Part shown: positions 1-10,561 of the stretch, one piece after another
Layout of the letters: each line of letters opens with the position of its first letter
Position numbering within the stretch: the stretch's first letter is position 1
DNA from: Delftia acidovorans NBRC 14950
GTDB lineage: Bacteria; Pseudomonadota; Gammaproteobacteria; Burkholderiales; Burkholderiaceae_C
Direction: 5' to 3'
Assembly (NCBI RefSeq): GCF_001598795.1
Contig: NZ_BCZP01000006.1
Coordinates: forward strand, 90,001 to 122,000
DNA: 32,000 bases
The notes under the pieces: model-generated
Database searches by the model: none
What the model was told of the DNA's origin: nothing
Seen by the model: the letters and a program-made list of their open reading frames with translations, nothing else
Translations under genes and position numbers: made by a program

Positions 1-423
1 CGCCACCAGGTCCAGGATGCGCGGCCCGACAGGGGTGTGCAGCAATGCGATGGAGCCGAACTGCAGATAGCGGCATTCGGGCGGCAACTCGGGCAGCTCG
101 GCAGGTGCCCACAGCGTGTCCGCCGTTGCCTGCGTGTAGAAGGCATAGCGGTTGGTGCCTTGCGCATGCTCGACAAAGGCCAGCGTGCTGGGCGCGTCGC
201 AGCGCTGCACCAGGCGCATGTCCACGCCGTTGCCCTGCAGGTGCGCGAAAAGGCGTTCGCCGAAGAGATCGCGCGACAGTTGCGAGACAAAGCCCGTGGC
301 CTGCCCGAGCCGCGCGGCGGCCACGGCGCAGTTGGCGGGCGCGCCTCCTTCATGGCCCTGGAAGGCCAGGCCGCCCGTGGCGGTGAAATCGATCAGGGCT
401 TCGCCCGCGATGGCTATGCGCAT
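1..423 (-). CDS. PfkB-family carbohydrate kinase (fructokinase-like); N-terminal 141 codons only, 3' end beyond the left window edge
   Basis: Not in the supplied ORF track because it runs off the window. My own reverse-strand translation from the ATG at 423-421 gives MRIAIAGEALIDFTATGGLAFQGHEGGAPANCAVAAARLGQATGFVSQLSRDLFGERLFAHLQGNGVD...FGSIALLHTPVGPRILDLVA, with no stop down to position 1. GGAPANxAVAxARLG is the PfkB/ribokinase N-terminal signature. It starts 5 nt after the stop of the upstream mannitol dehydrogenase gene on the same strand. Confidence 0.8.
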   Translation of the reverse strand, partial: MRIAIAGEALIDFTATGGLAFQGHEGGAPANCAVAAARLGQATGFVSQLSRDLFGERLFAHLQGNGVDMRLVQRCDAPSTLAFVEHAQGTNRYAFYTQATADTLWAPAELPELPPECRYLQFGSIALLHTPVGPRILDLVA

Positions 424-428
424 GCGTT

Positions 429-1853
429 CTACCTCGCTGCCTGTTGGACAAAAGCATGGACACGGTCTGTGGCACGGCGGACCGCCTCCACCAGATGCGG
501 ATGGCCCGCGGCCTCACCCCACAAGGGCACTTCGGCACACAGCGCGGCCACGGGGTCGGCGGCGGCGCAGATGGCGTGCGCCACTGCGGGGTCCATGGCC
601 TGATCCTGGTAGGCATAGGGCAGTGTGTCATGGTGCCAGCGCTGCAGAAAAACCAGGAACAGCGCCGGCAGCATGGCCACGGCATCCATGGACGCGCCCT
701 GCGCGATGCGCTCGCGCACCGTGGGCGCGATGAAGCCCGGGATCTTGGCAAAGCCGTCGGCCGCCACGCGCTGGTTGGTGTCGCGTATCGCAGGATTGCC
801 GAAGCGTTCCAGCACGGTGTCGCGGTAGGCCGGCAGGTCCAGGGCCGATGCCTTGCCGGGTGTTGCAAGGCAGGGAATCACGTCCTGCGTCACATAGTCC
901 CATGCCAGCTGGCGTATCGCCGGCACGGCACTGCCTTCGTGGATGAAGCGCAGGCCCGCCAGCGTGCCGGCCCAGGCAATGCAGCTGTGGCTGGCGTTGA
1001 GGATGCGGATCTTGGCCTCCTCGTAGGGGGCCACGGAAGACACCATCTCCACGCCCACGCGCTCCCAGGGCGGACGGCCTGCGACGAAGCGGTCCTCTAT
1101 CACCCACTGTGAAAAGCTTTCGGCCGTCACGGCGGCCGCATCGTCCCAGCCCGTCGCGGCCTGCACGCGCTCGCGCAGCTCCGGCGGCGGGCGCGGGGTG
1201 ATGCGGTCGACCATGGCATTCGGGCAGCTGATGTTGTGCCCTGCCCACTCAGCCAGTTCCTGCAGTTGCGCCAGTTGCATGAAGGCCAGCAGGCCGGCCA
1301 GCAGGCGATCGCCGTTGTGGCGCAGGTTGTCGCAGCTCAGCAGTGTGACCGGGCCTGCATGTGCACAGCGGCGCAACTGCAGGATGGCGCACAGCACGCC
1401 ATAGATCGTCTCTCCGACCTGCCCCTGTCGCATGCGGCCGATGTCGGCCGCAAGCTCCGGGCTGCCGGTGTCCAGCACGCCGCTGCCATCGAGGTAGTAG
1501 CCAGCCTCGGTCACGGTGAGGGAGATGACACGTGTGCAGGGGCTGGCTCCGCGCGCGATCACGGCGGCCAGCCCGGGCGCATGGGGGATCACTTCGCGCA
1601 GGGCCTCGATGCGTTGGTAGCGCACCGATCCGCCAGGCGAAATCGTCTCCAGTGTGTAAGCCCCTCCCTGGCGCGCCAGCGCCTCCAGCGTCTGCGCCAT
1701 GTCGGAGCGCAGGTTGGCCCCCACCAGCTCCCATTGCGTATCCCCCGCATCGATCAGCCGCTGTTGATAGGCGGCCTGGTGCGCACGGTGAAAGGAACCC
1801 AGGCCCAGGTGCAGCACCGTGGGTCTGGAAAGATGCGGAACAATCGCGTTCAT
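429..1853 (-). CDS. mtlD: Mannitol 2-dehydrogenase (long-chain mannitol/mannonate dehydrogenase family)
   Basis: ORF 429..2063 trimmed to the internal ATG at 1853-1851 (MNAIVPHLSRPTVLHLGLGSFHRAHQAAY...). The 70 upstream codons overlap the ABC ATPase gene and look like Arg/Pro/Trp-rich read-through. The GLGxFxRAH N-terminus and a length of about 474 aa are typical of the family. The symbol follows the Pseudomonas fluorescens mtlEFGKD nomenclature. Confidence 0.85.
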   Translation of the reverse strand: MNAIVPHLSRPTVLHLGLGSFHRAHQAAYQQRLIDAGDTQWELVGANLRSDMAQTLEALARQGGAYTLETISPGGSVRYQRIEALREVIPHAPGLAAVIARGASPCTRVISLTVTEAGYYLDGSGVLDTGSPELAADIGRMRQGQVGETIYGVLCAILQLRRCAHAGPVTLLSCDNLRHNGDRLLAGLLAFMQLAQLQELAEWAGHNISCPNAMVDRITPRPPPELRERVQAATGWDDAAAVTAESFSQWVIEDRFVAGRPPWERVGVEMVSSVAPYEEAKIRILNASHSCIAWAGTLAGLRFIHEGSAVPAIRQLAWDYVTQDVIPCLATPGKASALDLPAYRDTVLERFGNPAIRDTNQRVAADGFAKIPGFIAPTVRERIAQGASMDAVAMLPALFLVFLQRWHHDTLPYAYQDQAMDPAVAHAICAAADPVAALCAEVPLWGEAAGHPHLVEAVRRATDRVHAFVQQAAR

Positions 1854-1917
1854 GGTGACCAGAGGGAGATGAGGAAGAAAGGATGACTGCTCCGGGCAGC
1901 CTCTCGGAGCGAAGCGC

Positions 1918-2976
<1,059 letters not shown>

Positions 2977-3021
2977 GGTTTTCCTTGTGCAGCACAAAGC
3001 CGCGAAATGGATGCCGGACGG

Positions 3022-3843
<822 letters not shown>

Positions 3844-3847
3844 GCCC

Positions 3848-4741
3848 TCAGTCCAGGCTCTTGCCCACGATGCGGATCAGGAAGAGAGAGACGATGTTGG
3901 CCAGCACCACGGCAAACAGTGCACCGGCCGAGGCCACACCCACGTCGAAGTTCATCAGCGACTGCTTGTAGATCAGGTAGGTCAGGTTGGTGCTCTCGTT
4001 GCCGGGCCCACCTGCCGTGGTGATGGCAATCTCGGCGAACACGCTGAGCAGGAAGATCATCTCGATCATCACTACCACCGCCATGGGCCGCGCCAGATGG
4101 GGCAGCGTGAGGTAGTAAAAGCGCTGCAGGGCGTTGGCGCCATCCATGCGCGCCGCCTCCATCTGCTCGCGGTCCAGCGACTGCAGCGAGGTGATGAAGA
4201 TCAGGCAGGCGAAGGGCAGCCATTGCCAGGACACCATGACGATGACGGACAGCAGCGGCATCTCGGTGAGCCAGTCCACGGGCTGCAGTCCGACGGCCCT
4301 CCACAGGCTGGCCAGCACGCCATAGATCGGGTTCATCATCATGTGCTTCCACAGCAGCGCATTGACCGTGGGCATCACGAAGAACGGCGAGATCAGCAGC
4401 ACCCGCACGACGCCACGCCCCGGAAACGGCTCGTTGATCAGCAAAGCGATCAGCACGCCCAGCACCAGGGTGATCAGCACCACGCTGGCCAGGAAGTTCA
4501 GCGTGTTCCACACGGCGGGCAGGAAGTCCGGATCGGTGATGAAGAAGGCGTAGTTGTCCCAGCCGGCGAAGCGGTGCTCGCCCGGCTGCATGAGGTTGTA
4601 GTTGACGAGCGAGAAATAAATCGTCATCAACAAGGGCACGAGCATCCAGCACAGCAGCACGGCCACGGCGGGCGCCATCAGGGCGCGGGGCAGCAGGCGC
4701 CTGGCGGACGCCGCCCTGTCGGGAGTCCTATCGGCCCTCAT
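3848..4741 (-). CDS. mtlF: Carbohydrate ABC transporter permease (MalF-type)
   Basis: ORF 3848..5287 trimmed to the ATG at 4741-4739 (MRADRTPDRAASARRLLPRALMAPAVAVLLCW...). That ATG forms an ATGA overlap with the stop of the binding-protein gene (4738-4741). EAA loop: EQMEAARMDGANALQRFYYLTLP. Confidence 0.88.
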   Translation of the reverse strand: MRADRTPDRAASARRLLPRALMAPAVAVLLCWMLVPLLMTIYFSLVNYNLMQPGEHRFAGWDNYAFFITDPDFLPAVWNTLNFLASVVLITLVLGVLIALLINEPFPGRGVVRVLLISPFFVMPTVNALLWKHMMMNPIYGVLASLWRAVGLQPVDWLTEMPLLSVIVMVSWQWLPFACLIFITSLQSLDREQMEAARMDGANALQRFYYLTLPHLARPMAVVVMIEMIFLLSVFAEIAITTAGGPGNESTNLTYLIYKQSLMNFDVGVASAGALFAVVLANIVSLFLIRIVGKSLD

Positions 4742-6048
4742 TTGTAGTAGCCGCTTTTCCTCATCTCGCGTTCGGCCAGCGTCTGCGAGGTACTGAGTGC
4801 CTGCTCCACCGTGACCTTGCCCGACAGCGCAGCGCTCATCTGCTGGCCCACGGCAATGCCAATGGCCTGGAACTCTGGAATCGCAACGTACTGCACGCCG
4901 GCATAGGGCGACTTGGGCTCGGTCGCATCGGTCAGGCTCACGCTGTCGATGGCCCGCTTCTCGGCTGCGGCAAAGCCCGCCACCTTCTGGAACTCGGCAT
5001 TGGCATAGGTGGACTGGCGCGTTCCTGTGGGCACGGCACGCCAGCCGTGCTCCTGCGCAACCAACTGCACATACTCCCTGGAGGTGGCCCACTTCACGAA
5101 GACCTGGGCCGCATCGGCCTTCTTCGAGCTGGAGGGAATGGCCAGGTTCCAGGTCCACAGCCAGGTCGATCCCTTGGGCGTGCTGGCCATGGGTGCGGCC
5201 GCATAGGCCACCTTGTCGGCCACCTTGGATTGCTTGGGGTCGCTCACGAAGGAGGCGGCGATGCTCGCATCCACCCAGGCGCCGCACTTGCCCTCGTTGA
5301 ACAGCGCCAGGTTTTCATTGAAGCTGTTGGCCGAGGCGCCCGGGGGGCCATAGGCCTTCATCAGGTCCACATAAAAACCCACGGCCTTCTTCCAGGCGGG
5401 TGTGTCGATCTGCGGCTTCCACTGCATGTCGAACCATTGGCCGCCGAAGGTATTGGCCATGGTGGTGATCAGGGCCATGTTGTCCCCCCAGCCCGGCTTG
5501 CCGCGCAGGCAGATGCCGTAGACCCCGGCCTTGGGATCGTGGACCTTGGAGGCGAACTCCCGGACCTGCTCCCAGGTGGGCTTGTCGGGCATCTGAAAAC
5601 CCGCCTTGTCCGCCAGGTCCTTGCGGTACATGAGCATGGAGCCTTCGCCATAGAAGGGCGAGGCATAGAGCTTGCCTTCGTAGGACAGGCCTTCGCGGAT
5701 GGCGGGCAGCAGATCGGCCGCGTCATAGGCGGCATCGGTGGCAATGGGCTGCAGCCAGCCCTTCTTCGACCAGATCGGCACCTCGTAGATGCCCACGGTC
5801 ATCACATCGAACTGGCCGCCCTTGGTGGCGATGTCGGTGGTCACGCGCTGGCGCAGCACGCCTTCTTCCAGCGTCACCCATTTGAGCGTGATGTCGGGGT
5901 GGGCCTTCTCGAACCGGGGGGTGAGCTTTTGCATCTCGATCATGTGGCCGTTGTTCACGGTGGCGATCACGAGTTCGGTGCCGGCGAGTGCGCCCGCTGC
6001 GGCAGTGGCCATGGCCCATGTGAGGCTGGCCTTGAGCAAGCTGTGCAT
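4738..6048 (-). CDS. mtlE: Periplasmic sugar/polyol-binding protein of the ABC transporter (sorbitol/mannitol-type)
   Basis: 436-aa ORF with a signal-peptide-like N-terminus (MHSLLKASLTWAMATAAAGALAG) and AAGGAG upstream of the ATG at 6048-6046. It is the first gene of the operon. Size and composition are typical of family-1 extracellular solute-binding proteins. Confidence 0.85.
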   Translation of the reverse strand: MHSLLKASLTWAMATAAAGALAGTELVIATVNNGHMIEMQKLTPRFEKAHPDITLKWVTLEEGVLRQRVTTDIATKGGQFDVMTVGIYEVPIWSKKGWLQPIATDAAYDAADLLPAIREGLSYEGKLYASPFYGEGSMLMYRKDLADKAGFQMPDKPTWEQVREFASKVHDPKAGVYGICLRGKPGWGDNMALITTMANTFGGQWFDMQWKPQIDTPAWKKAVGFYVDLMKAYGPPGASANSFNENLALFNEGKCGAWVDASIAASFVSDPKQSKVADKVAYAAAPMASTPKGSTWLWTWNLAIPSSSKKADAAQVFVKWATSREYVQLVAQEHGWRAVPTGTRQSTYANAEFQKVAGFAAAEKRAIDSVSLTDATEPKSPYAGVQYVAIPEFQAIGIAVGQQMSAALSGKVTVEQALSTSQTLAEREMRKSGYYK

Positions 6049-6288
6049 TTTTGTCTCCTTGTTCCCTGGTCTTCGAATGCTGGATCACCGCGCCTCCCAT
6101 CCCGGCTGCGGATGAGGCATTGTGGCGACGGCCTCGTGCCTGGACTGGTACGACAGATGCGCCTTTCGATACTTTTATGCGCAGCCAAGCCGGTGATATC
6201 CCTTAGCCGATGCATCAAACCATTTGCCGCTGCTGCGGTGCGTCCCGACCTCCTAGAATTCCGTTCATCCGCATCTCCGAGACAGACC

Positions 6289-7191
6289 ATGGCCGTGCAG
6301 CGCATCCCTGTTCCACCGAGTGCACTCGGCGAGTCCCCCTTCTGGCACCCGCAGGAACACCGGCTCTACTGGTGCGATATCCAGGACCGGCACATCCATT
6401 CCTGGGAGCCCGCCACAGGCCTGCACCGCAGCTGGGCCACGCCCAGCGAACCGGGCTGCTGCGCTCCCACGGACCGGGGCCGCATCGTGGTGGGGCTGCG
6501 CGATGGCTTCGGCCTGCTGGACACCGCCACGGGACACACCGAAATGATCGCCCGCCTGGACCATGATCCGCAGCAGCTGCGGCTCAACGACGGGCGCTGC
6601 GACCGCGCCGGGCGGCTGTGGGCGGGGTCACTGTTCTCGCCCAAGACGGCGCCCGATGCCGCGCTGTGGTGCCTTCGCGCGGACGGCTCCGGAGGCTACG
6701 CCGTTCAGCGCATGGCAGGCGACTGCACCACGGCCAATGGCCTGGCCTTCAGCCCCGATGACGACTGGATGTACTGGGCAGACACGCCAGCCCACCGCAT
6801 AGACCGCTTTGCCTTCGACCTGGACTCCGGCACGCTGGGCACGCGCTCTCTGTGGAAGGCCTTCGCCCCCAAGGCCGAGGGCAGGCTCTATGGCGGCCGC
6901 CCCGACGGCGCCAGCGTCGACGTCCGGGGCAACTACTGGGTGGCCATGTACGAAGGCGGCTGCGTGCTGCAACTGAGCCCCGAGGGCGATGTGCTGCAGC
7001 GCCTGGACACGCCCGTGCGCTGCCCCACCATGGTCTGCTTTGGGGGGGAGGACCTGCGTACGCTGTACATCACCTCGGCCGGACACGGCCGGCCCGATCC
7101 GGAGCGATCGGCGCAGGTGCCTGCCGGCGCACTGATGGAGTGCCGTGTCGATGTGCCGGGCCTGCCGGTGAACAGCTTCCGCGAAGCCTGA
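6289..7191 (+). CDS. SMP-30/gluconolactonase/LRE-family sugar lactonase (no signal peptide)
   Basis: ORF 5047..7191 trimmed to the ATG at 6289. The preceding 414 codons are antisense to the binding-protein gene. MAVQRIPVPPSALGESPFWHPQEHRLYWCDI..., ...NDGRCDRAGRLWAG... and ...ANGLAFSPDDDWMYWADT... are the repeated beta-propeller motifs of this family. Confidence 0.8.
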   Translation: MAVQRIPVPPSALGESPFWHPQEHRLYWCDIQDRHIHSWEPATGLHRSWATPSEPGCCAPTDRGRIVVGLRDGFGLLDTATGHTEMIARLDHDPQQLRLNDGRCDRAGRLWAGSLFSPKTAPDAALWCLRADGSGGYAVQRMAGDCTTANGLAFSPDDDWMYWADTPAHRIDRFAFDLDSGTLGTRSLWKAFAPKAEGRLYGGRPDGASVDVRGNYWVAMYEGGCVLQLSPEGDVLQRLDTPVRCPTMVCFGGEDLRTLYITSAGHGRPDPERSAQVPAGALMECRVDVPGLPVNSFREA

Positions 7192-7201
7192 GCCTGCACA
7201 G

Positions 7202-7224
7202 CCCCGGCAACGTGTTGCCAGGGG
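7202..7224. terminator. GC-rich hairpin between the convergent lactonase and pgi genes (possible bidirectional terminator, no U-tract)
   Basis: CCCCGGCAAC-GT-GTTGCCAGGGG, with one bulged A. It lies between the TGA at 7189-7191 (plus strand) and the TGA at 7227-7229 (minus strand). There is no T-run on either side, so its function is uncertain. Confidence 0.35.
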
Positions 7225-7226
7225 CG

Positions 7227-8789
7227 TCAGGCCCGCATGCGCTGCAGCAGTCCTGCGGTCGATGCATCGAGCTCCGCCACATCACCGCTGGCCAGGCGCT
7301 GCTGCAGGTCGCGCGCCAGCAGCTTGCCCAGTTCCACCCCCCACTGGTCGAAGCTGTTGAGGCCCCACAGCGCGCCCGCCACGAACACGCGGTGCTCCTG
7401 CAAGGCGATCAGCGCACCCAGCGCCGCCGGCGTGAGCGCATCCAGCAGTACAAAGGTACTGGGCCGGTTGCCCGGGAAGTGGCGATGGCCATCATCGCAG
7501 GAACGCCCCTGCATCAAGGCCTGGGCCTGGGCCAGGGCGTTGGCCAGCAGTTGCTCATGGTGGCCCTGCAGGCCGTGCGACGGCCGCTGCACGGCGATGA
7601 TCTCCAGCGGCACGATGTCCGTCCCCTGGTGCAGCATCTGGAAGAAGGCATGCTGCCCATCCGTACCAGGCTCGCCCCAGAGCACGGGGGCTGAGCCCAG
7701 CGCCAGCGGCCGGCCCTGGCGGTCCACGCGCTTGCCATTGCTCTCCATCTCCAGTTGCTGCAGATAGGCCGGCAGGCGCCGCAGGCCTGCGTGGTAGGGC
7801 GCAATGCAGCGGCTGGCAAAGCCCAGCAGATTGCGGTTCCAGACATCGAGCAGGCCCAGACGCACGGGCAGGTTGGCCTGCAGCGGTGCCGTGCGGAAAT
7901 GGTGGTCCATGGCATGCGCGCCAGCCAACAGGTCGCGGAATGCCGCAGCTCCCACGGCGAGGGCCACGGGCAGCCCGATCGCCGACCACAGCGAATAGCG
8001 CCCGCCCACCCAGTCCCAGAAGCCGAAAGTGGTGGTGATGCCCATCTGCGCAGCCGCCGAGGCATTGGTGGTCAGCGCCACGAAATGCCGCGCCACATCT
8101 TCACCGCCCTGCGCATGGAACCATTGCAGCGCGCTCCGCGCATTGGTCAGCGTCTCCTGCGTGTTGAAGACCTTGGAGGCCACGATGAACAGCGTGCTGC
8201 GCGGCTGCAGCCCATCAAGCACCGATTGCAGCTCATGCCCATCCACGTTCGAGACGAAGTGCATGCGCCGCCGTGCATCGCACATTCCCTGCAACGCCTG
8301 CACGGCCATCTGCGGCCCCAGGCCCGATCCGCCGATCCCCATGCACACCACATCGGTGATGCCGGCATCGGCCCTCACGCGCTCGGCATAGGCCAGCATG
8401 GCATCCAGCGTTTCGTGCACCTGGGCCAGGGCCCATGCCAGGCCCGGCGGCGACTCGCCGCGCGGGCAGCGCAGTAGCGCGTGCAGCACGGCGCGGCCCT
8501 CGCTGCCGTTGACGTGCTCGCCGGCGAACATGGCATCGCGCTGCTGCTCCACTGCGCACTCGCGCGCCAGACGCAACAGCAGCGCCTCGGCCGGGGCATC
8601 CCAGAGGTTCTTGGACAGGTCTGCAAAACAGTGTGGCGCCTCCTGGCTGAAGTGCGCGAACCGGCCGGGATCATCGGCAAAGGCGTGGCGCAGATCGAAG
8701 CCCTTGCGCAGGGCCAAGGCATGGTGGTGCAGCGCAGGCCAGACAGTGGCATGGTCGCAGCGCGGGGGCTGGGGAATGACGGACAGCAT
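7227..8789 (-). CDS. pgi: Glucose-6-phosphate isomerase
   Basis: 520-aa ORF. N-terminus ...WPALHHHALALRKGFDLRHAFADDPGRFAHFS..., and the internal IGIGGSGLGP and GGRYSLWSAIGL motifs are classic PGI signatures. Confidence 0.92.
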   Translation of the reverse strand: MLSVIPQPPRCDHATVWPALHHHALALRKGFDLRHAFADDPGRFAHFSQEAPHCFADLSKNLWDAPAEALLLRLARECAVEQQRDAMFAGEHVNGSEGRAVLHALLRCPRGESPPGLAWALAQVHETLDAMLAYAERVRADAGITDVVCMGIGGSGLGPQMAVQALQGMCDARRRMHFVSNVDGHELQSVLDGLQPRSTLFIVASKVFNTQETLTNARSALQWFHAQGGEDVARHFVALTTNASAAAQMGITTTFGFWDWVGGRYSLWSAIGLPVALAVGAAAFRDLLAGAHAMDHHFRTAPLQANLPVRLGLLDVWNRNLLGFASRCIAPYHAGLRRLPAYLQQLEMESNGKRVDRQGRPLALGSAPVLWGEPGTDGQHAFFQMLHQGTDIVPLEIIAVQRPSHGLQGHHEQLLANALAQAQALMQGRSCDDGHRHFPGNRPSTFVLLDALTPAALGALIALQEHRVFVAGALWGLNSFDQWGVELGKLLARDLQQRLASGDVAELDASTAGLLQRMRA

Positions 8790-8797
8790 GGGATGAA

Positions 8798-8810
8798 AGT
8801 AATCTGATTA
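8798..8810. promoter_or_regulatory. Palindrome GTAAT-CTG-ATTAC, operator candidate (HexR/RpiR-like architecture) next to the pgi start
   Basis: Perfect 5-3-5 inverted repeat, 9 nt from the pgi ATG (8789-8787). Its right half and flank (ATTACCAAA) repeat the right half and flank of the second site (GTTACCAAAA). Confidence 0.45.
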
Positions 8811-8831
8811 CCAAATCGACAACACATCTCT

Positions 8832-8860
8832 GGAACAAAATCTCAATACCTTCCTATAAT
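8832..8860 (+). promoter_or_regulatory. Candidate sigma70-type promoter for zwf
   Basis: Perfect TATAAT at 8855-8860, with GGAACA at 8832-8837 (17-nt spacer). It sits in the only AT-rich stretch of the high-GC block. The 8879-8901 palindrome would then lie in the early transcribed leader. Confidence 0.4.
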
Positions 8861-8878
8861 TTATCCGATTCTTCAAAA

Positions 8879-8901
8879 TTTTGGTAACCAAGTTACCAAA
8901 A
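8879..8901. promoter_or_regulatory. Perfect 10-bp inverted repeat TTTTGGTAAC-CAA-GTTACCAAAA, operator candidate upstream of zwf
   Basis: Read directly: left arm 8879-8888, spacer 8889-8891, right arm 8892-8901. It lies 28 nt upstream of the zwf ATG (8929). The core GTAAC-N3-GTTAC is related to the 8798-8810 site. Confidence 0.5.
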
Positions 8902-8928
8902 ATAGACACACCAACTTGTGGAGACAGC

Positions 8929-10383
8929 ATGGGTTTCGATCTGGTTTTGTTCGGTGGCACGGGTGATCTCGCATGGCGCAAGCTCATGCCCGCGCTATTC
9001 CAGGCGTTCCGCCACGGCACCCTCCCCGAGGGGGGACGCATCCTGTGCGTGGGTCGCGATGATCTGAGTGACGACCAGTACCGCGCGCTCATTCAGGGCC
9101 GCTTCGAAAAGGTGGAACTGTCCAAGCGCCCCAGTCCAGAGGAGTTCTCGCGTTTCGCGGCCCTGCTGCACTACCTGCGCATGGACCTGTCGCAACCCGC
9201 CGACTACGAGCGCCTGGCCACGGCGCTGAACACCCGCGGCGCCGAGACGGTGGTGATGTACCTGGCCACTGCGCCCAGCCTGTTCACCACGGTCTGCGAG
9301 CAGATTGCCGCCGTGGGCCTGAATGGCCCGCAGACGCGCGTGGTGCTGGAAAAGCCGCTGGGCCACGACCTGGCCTCCAACCAGGCCATCAACGCCACGC
9401 TGCGTAAGGTCCTGCGCGAAGAGCAGGTGTTTCGCATAGACCACTACCTGGGCAAGCCCTCGGTCCAGAACCTGCTGGCCCTGCGCTTCGGCAACGCCCT
9501 GTTCGAGCCACTGTGGCGGCGCGAGACCATTGCCAACATCCAGATCACCATTGCCGAGGAACTGGGCGTGGAAAGCCGTGGCGCCTTCTACGACCAGACC
9601 GGCGCGCTGCGCGACATGGTGCAAAACCATGCCTTGCAACTGCTGTGCGCCATCGGCATGGAGCCGCCGATCAACGCCTCGGCCCACGCCATCCGCGACG
9701 AAAAGCTCAAGGTGCTGCAGTCGCTCAAGCCCTGGACGCCGGAAACCCTGAGCCAGCACGTGGTGCGCGGCCAGTATCTGGCCGGCGCCAGCCAGGGCCA
9801 GCCCGTGCCCGCCTACCAGCAAGAGAAAGGCGTGGCGGCCGGCAGCCAGACCGAGACCTTCGTCGCCCTGCGCACCGAGATCTGCAACTGGCGCTGGGCC
9901 GGCGTGCCCTTCTACATCCGCACCGGCAAGCGGCTGGCAGGAAGGGATGCGCGCATCGTCGTGAACTTCCGGCCCGTGCCCCATCCCATCTTCCGCTCGC
10001 CCCTGTCCGAAGCCAACCGGCTGGTCATCAACCTGCAGCCCAAGGACGGCCTGGAGCTGCACCTGCTGGCCCAGGGCGCCACCCAGCAGCAGGCCGAGCC
10101 TTCGCTGGCCCCTGTACACCTGAACCTGGACTTCGACCAGCGCTTCGGCGCCAAGCGCGTGGGCGCCTACGAACGCCTGCTGCTGGACGTGATCGCCGGG
10201 CGGCTGAACCTGTTCGTGCGCAGCGACGAGCAGGAACAGGCCTGGCGCTGGGTGGAACCCATACTGCAGCACTGGCGCAACGATCTCTCGGGGCCGCGCG
10301 GCTATGCGGCAGGCAGTTGGGGGCCCAGCGCGGCCAGCGCGATGATTGCGCGGGATGGTTTTTGTTGGAGCGAGGAGGTTTGA
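8929..10383 (+). CDS. zwf: Glucose-6-phosphate 1-dehydrogenase
   Basis: ORF 8881..10383 begins at a TTG. I place the start at the ATG at 8929 (MGFDLVLFGGTGDLAWRKLMPALF = NADP-binding GxxGDLA). The active-site motif RIDHYLGK is present. Confidence 0.93.
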   Translation: MGFDLVLFGGTGDLAWRKLMPALFQAFRHGTLPEGGRILCVGRDDLSDDQYRALIQGRFEKVELSKRPSPEEFSRFAALLHYLRMDLSQPADYERLATALNTRGAETVVMYLATAPSLFTTVCEQIAAVGLNGPQTRVVLEKPLGHDLASNQAINATLRKVLREEQVFRIDHYLGKPSVQNLLALRFGNALFEPLWRRETIANIQITIAEELGVESRGAFYDQTGALRDMVQNHALQLLCAIGMEPPINASAHAIRDEKLKVLQSLKPWTPETLSQHVVRGQYLAGASQGQPVPAYQQEKGVAAGSQTETFVALRTEICNWRWAGVPFYIRTGKRLAGRDARIVVNFRPVPHPIFRSPLSEANRLVINLQPKDGLELHLLAQGATQQQAEPSLAPVHLNLDFDQRFGAKRVGAYERLLLDVIAGRLNLFVRSDEQEQAWRWVEPILQHWRNDLSGPRGYAAGSWGPSAASAMIARDGFCWSEEV

Positions 10384-10561
10384 GGCTCCCCCTGAGGCGC
10401 TGCGCGCCTTCCCCCTCTCTCGCTGCGCGGGAGGGGGACGACACCCTCGGTGCGGGGCGGCCCTTCCTCGGTGTCCCTGGGGTGGGCCGCGACAGTTTCA
10501 TACGCCGCGCCTGCATATGGCGCCACGCAGTTGGCATATGGCCCGTGAGAAACGTTGAATC

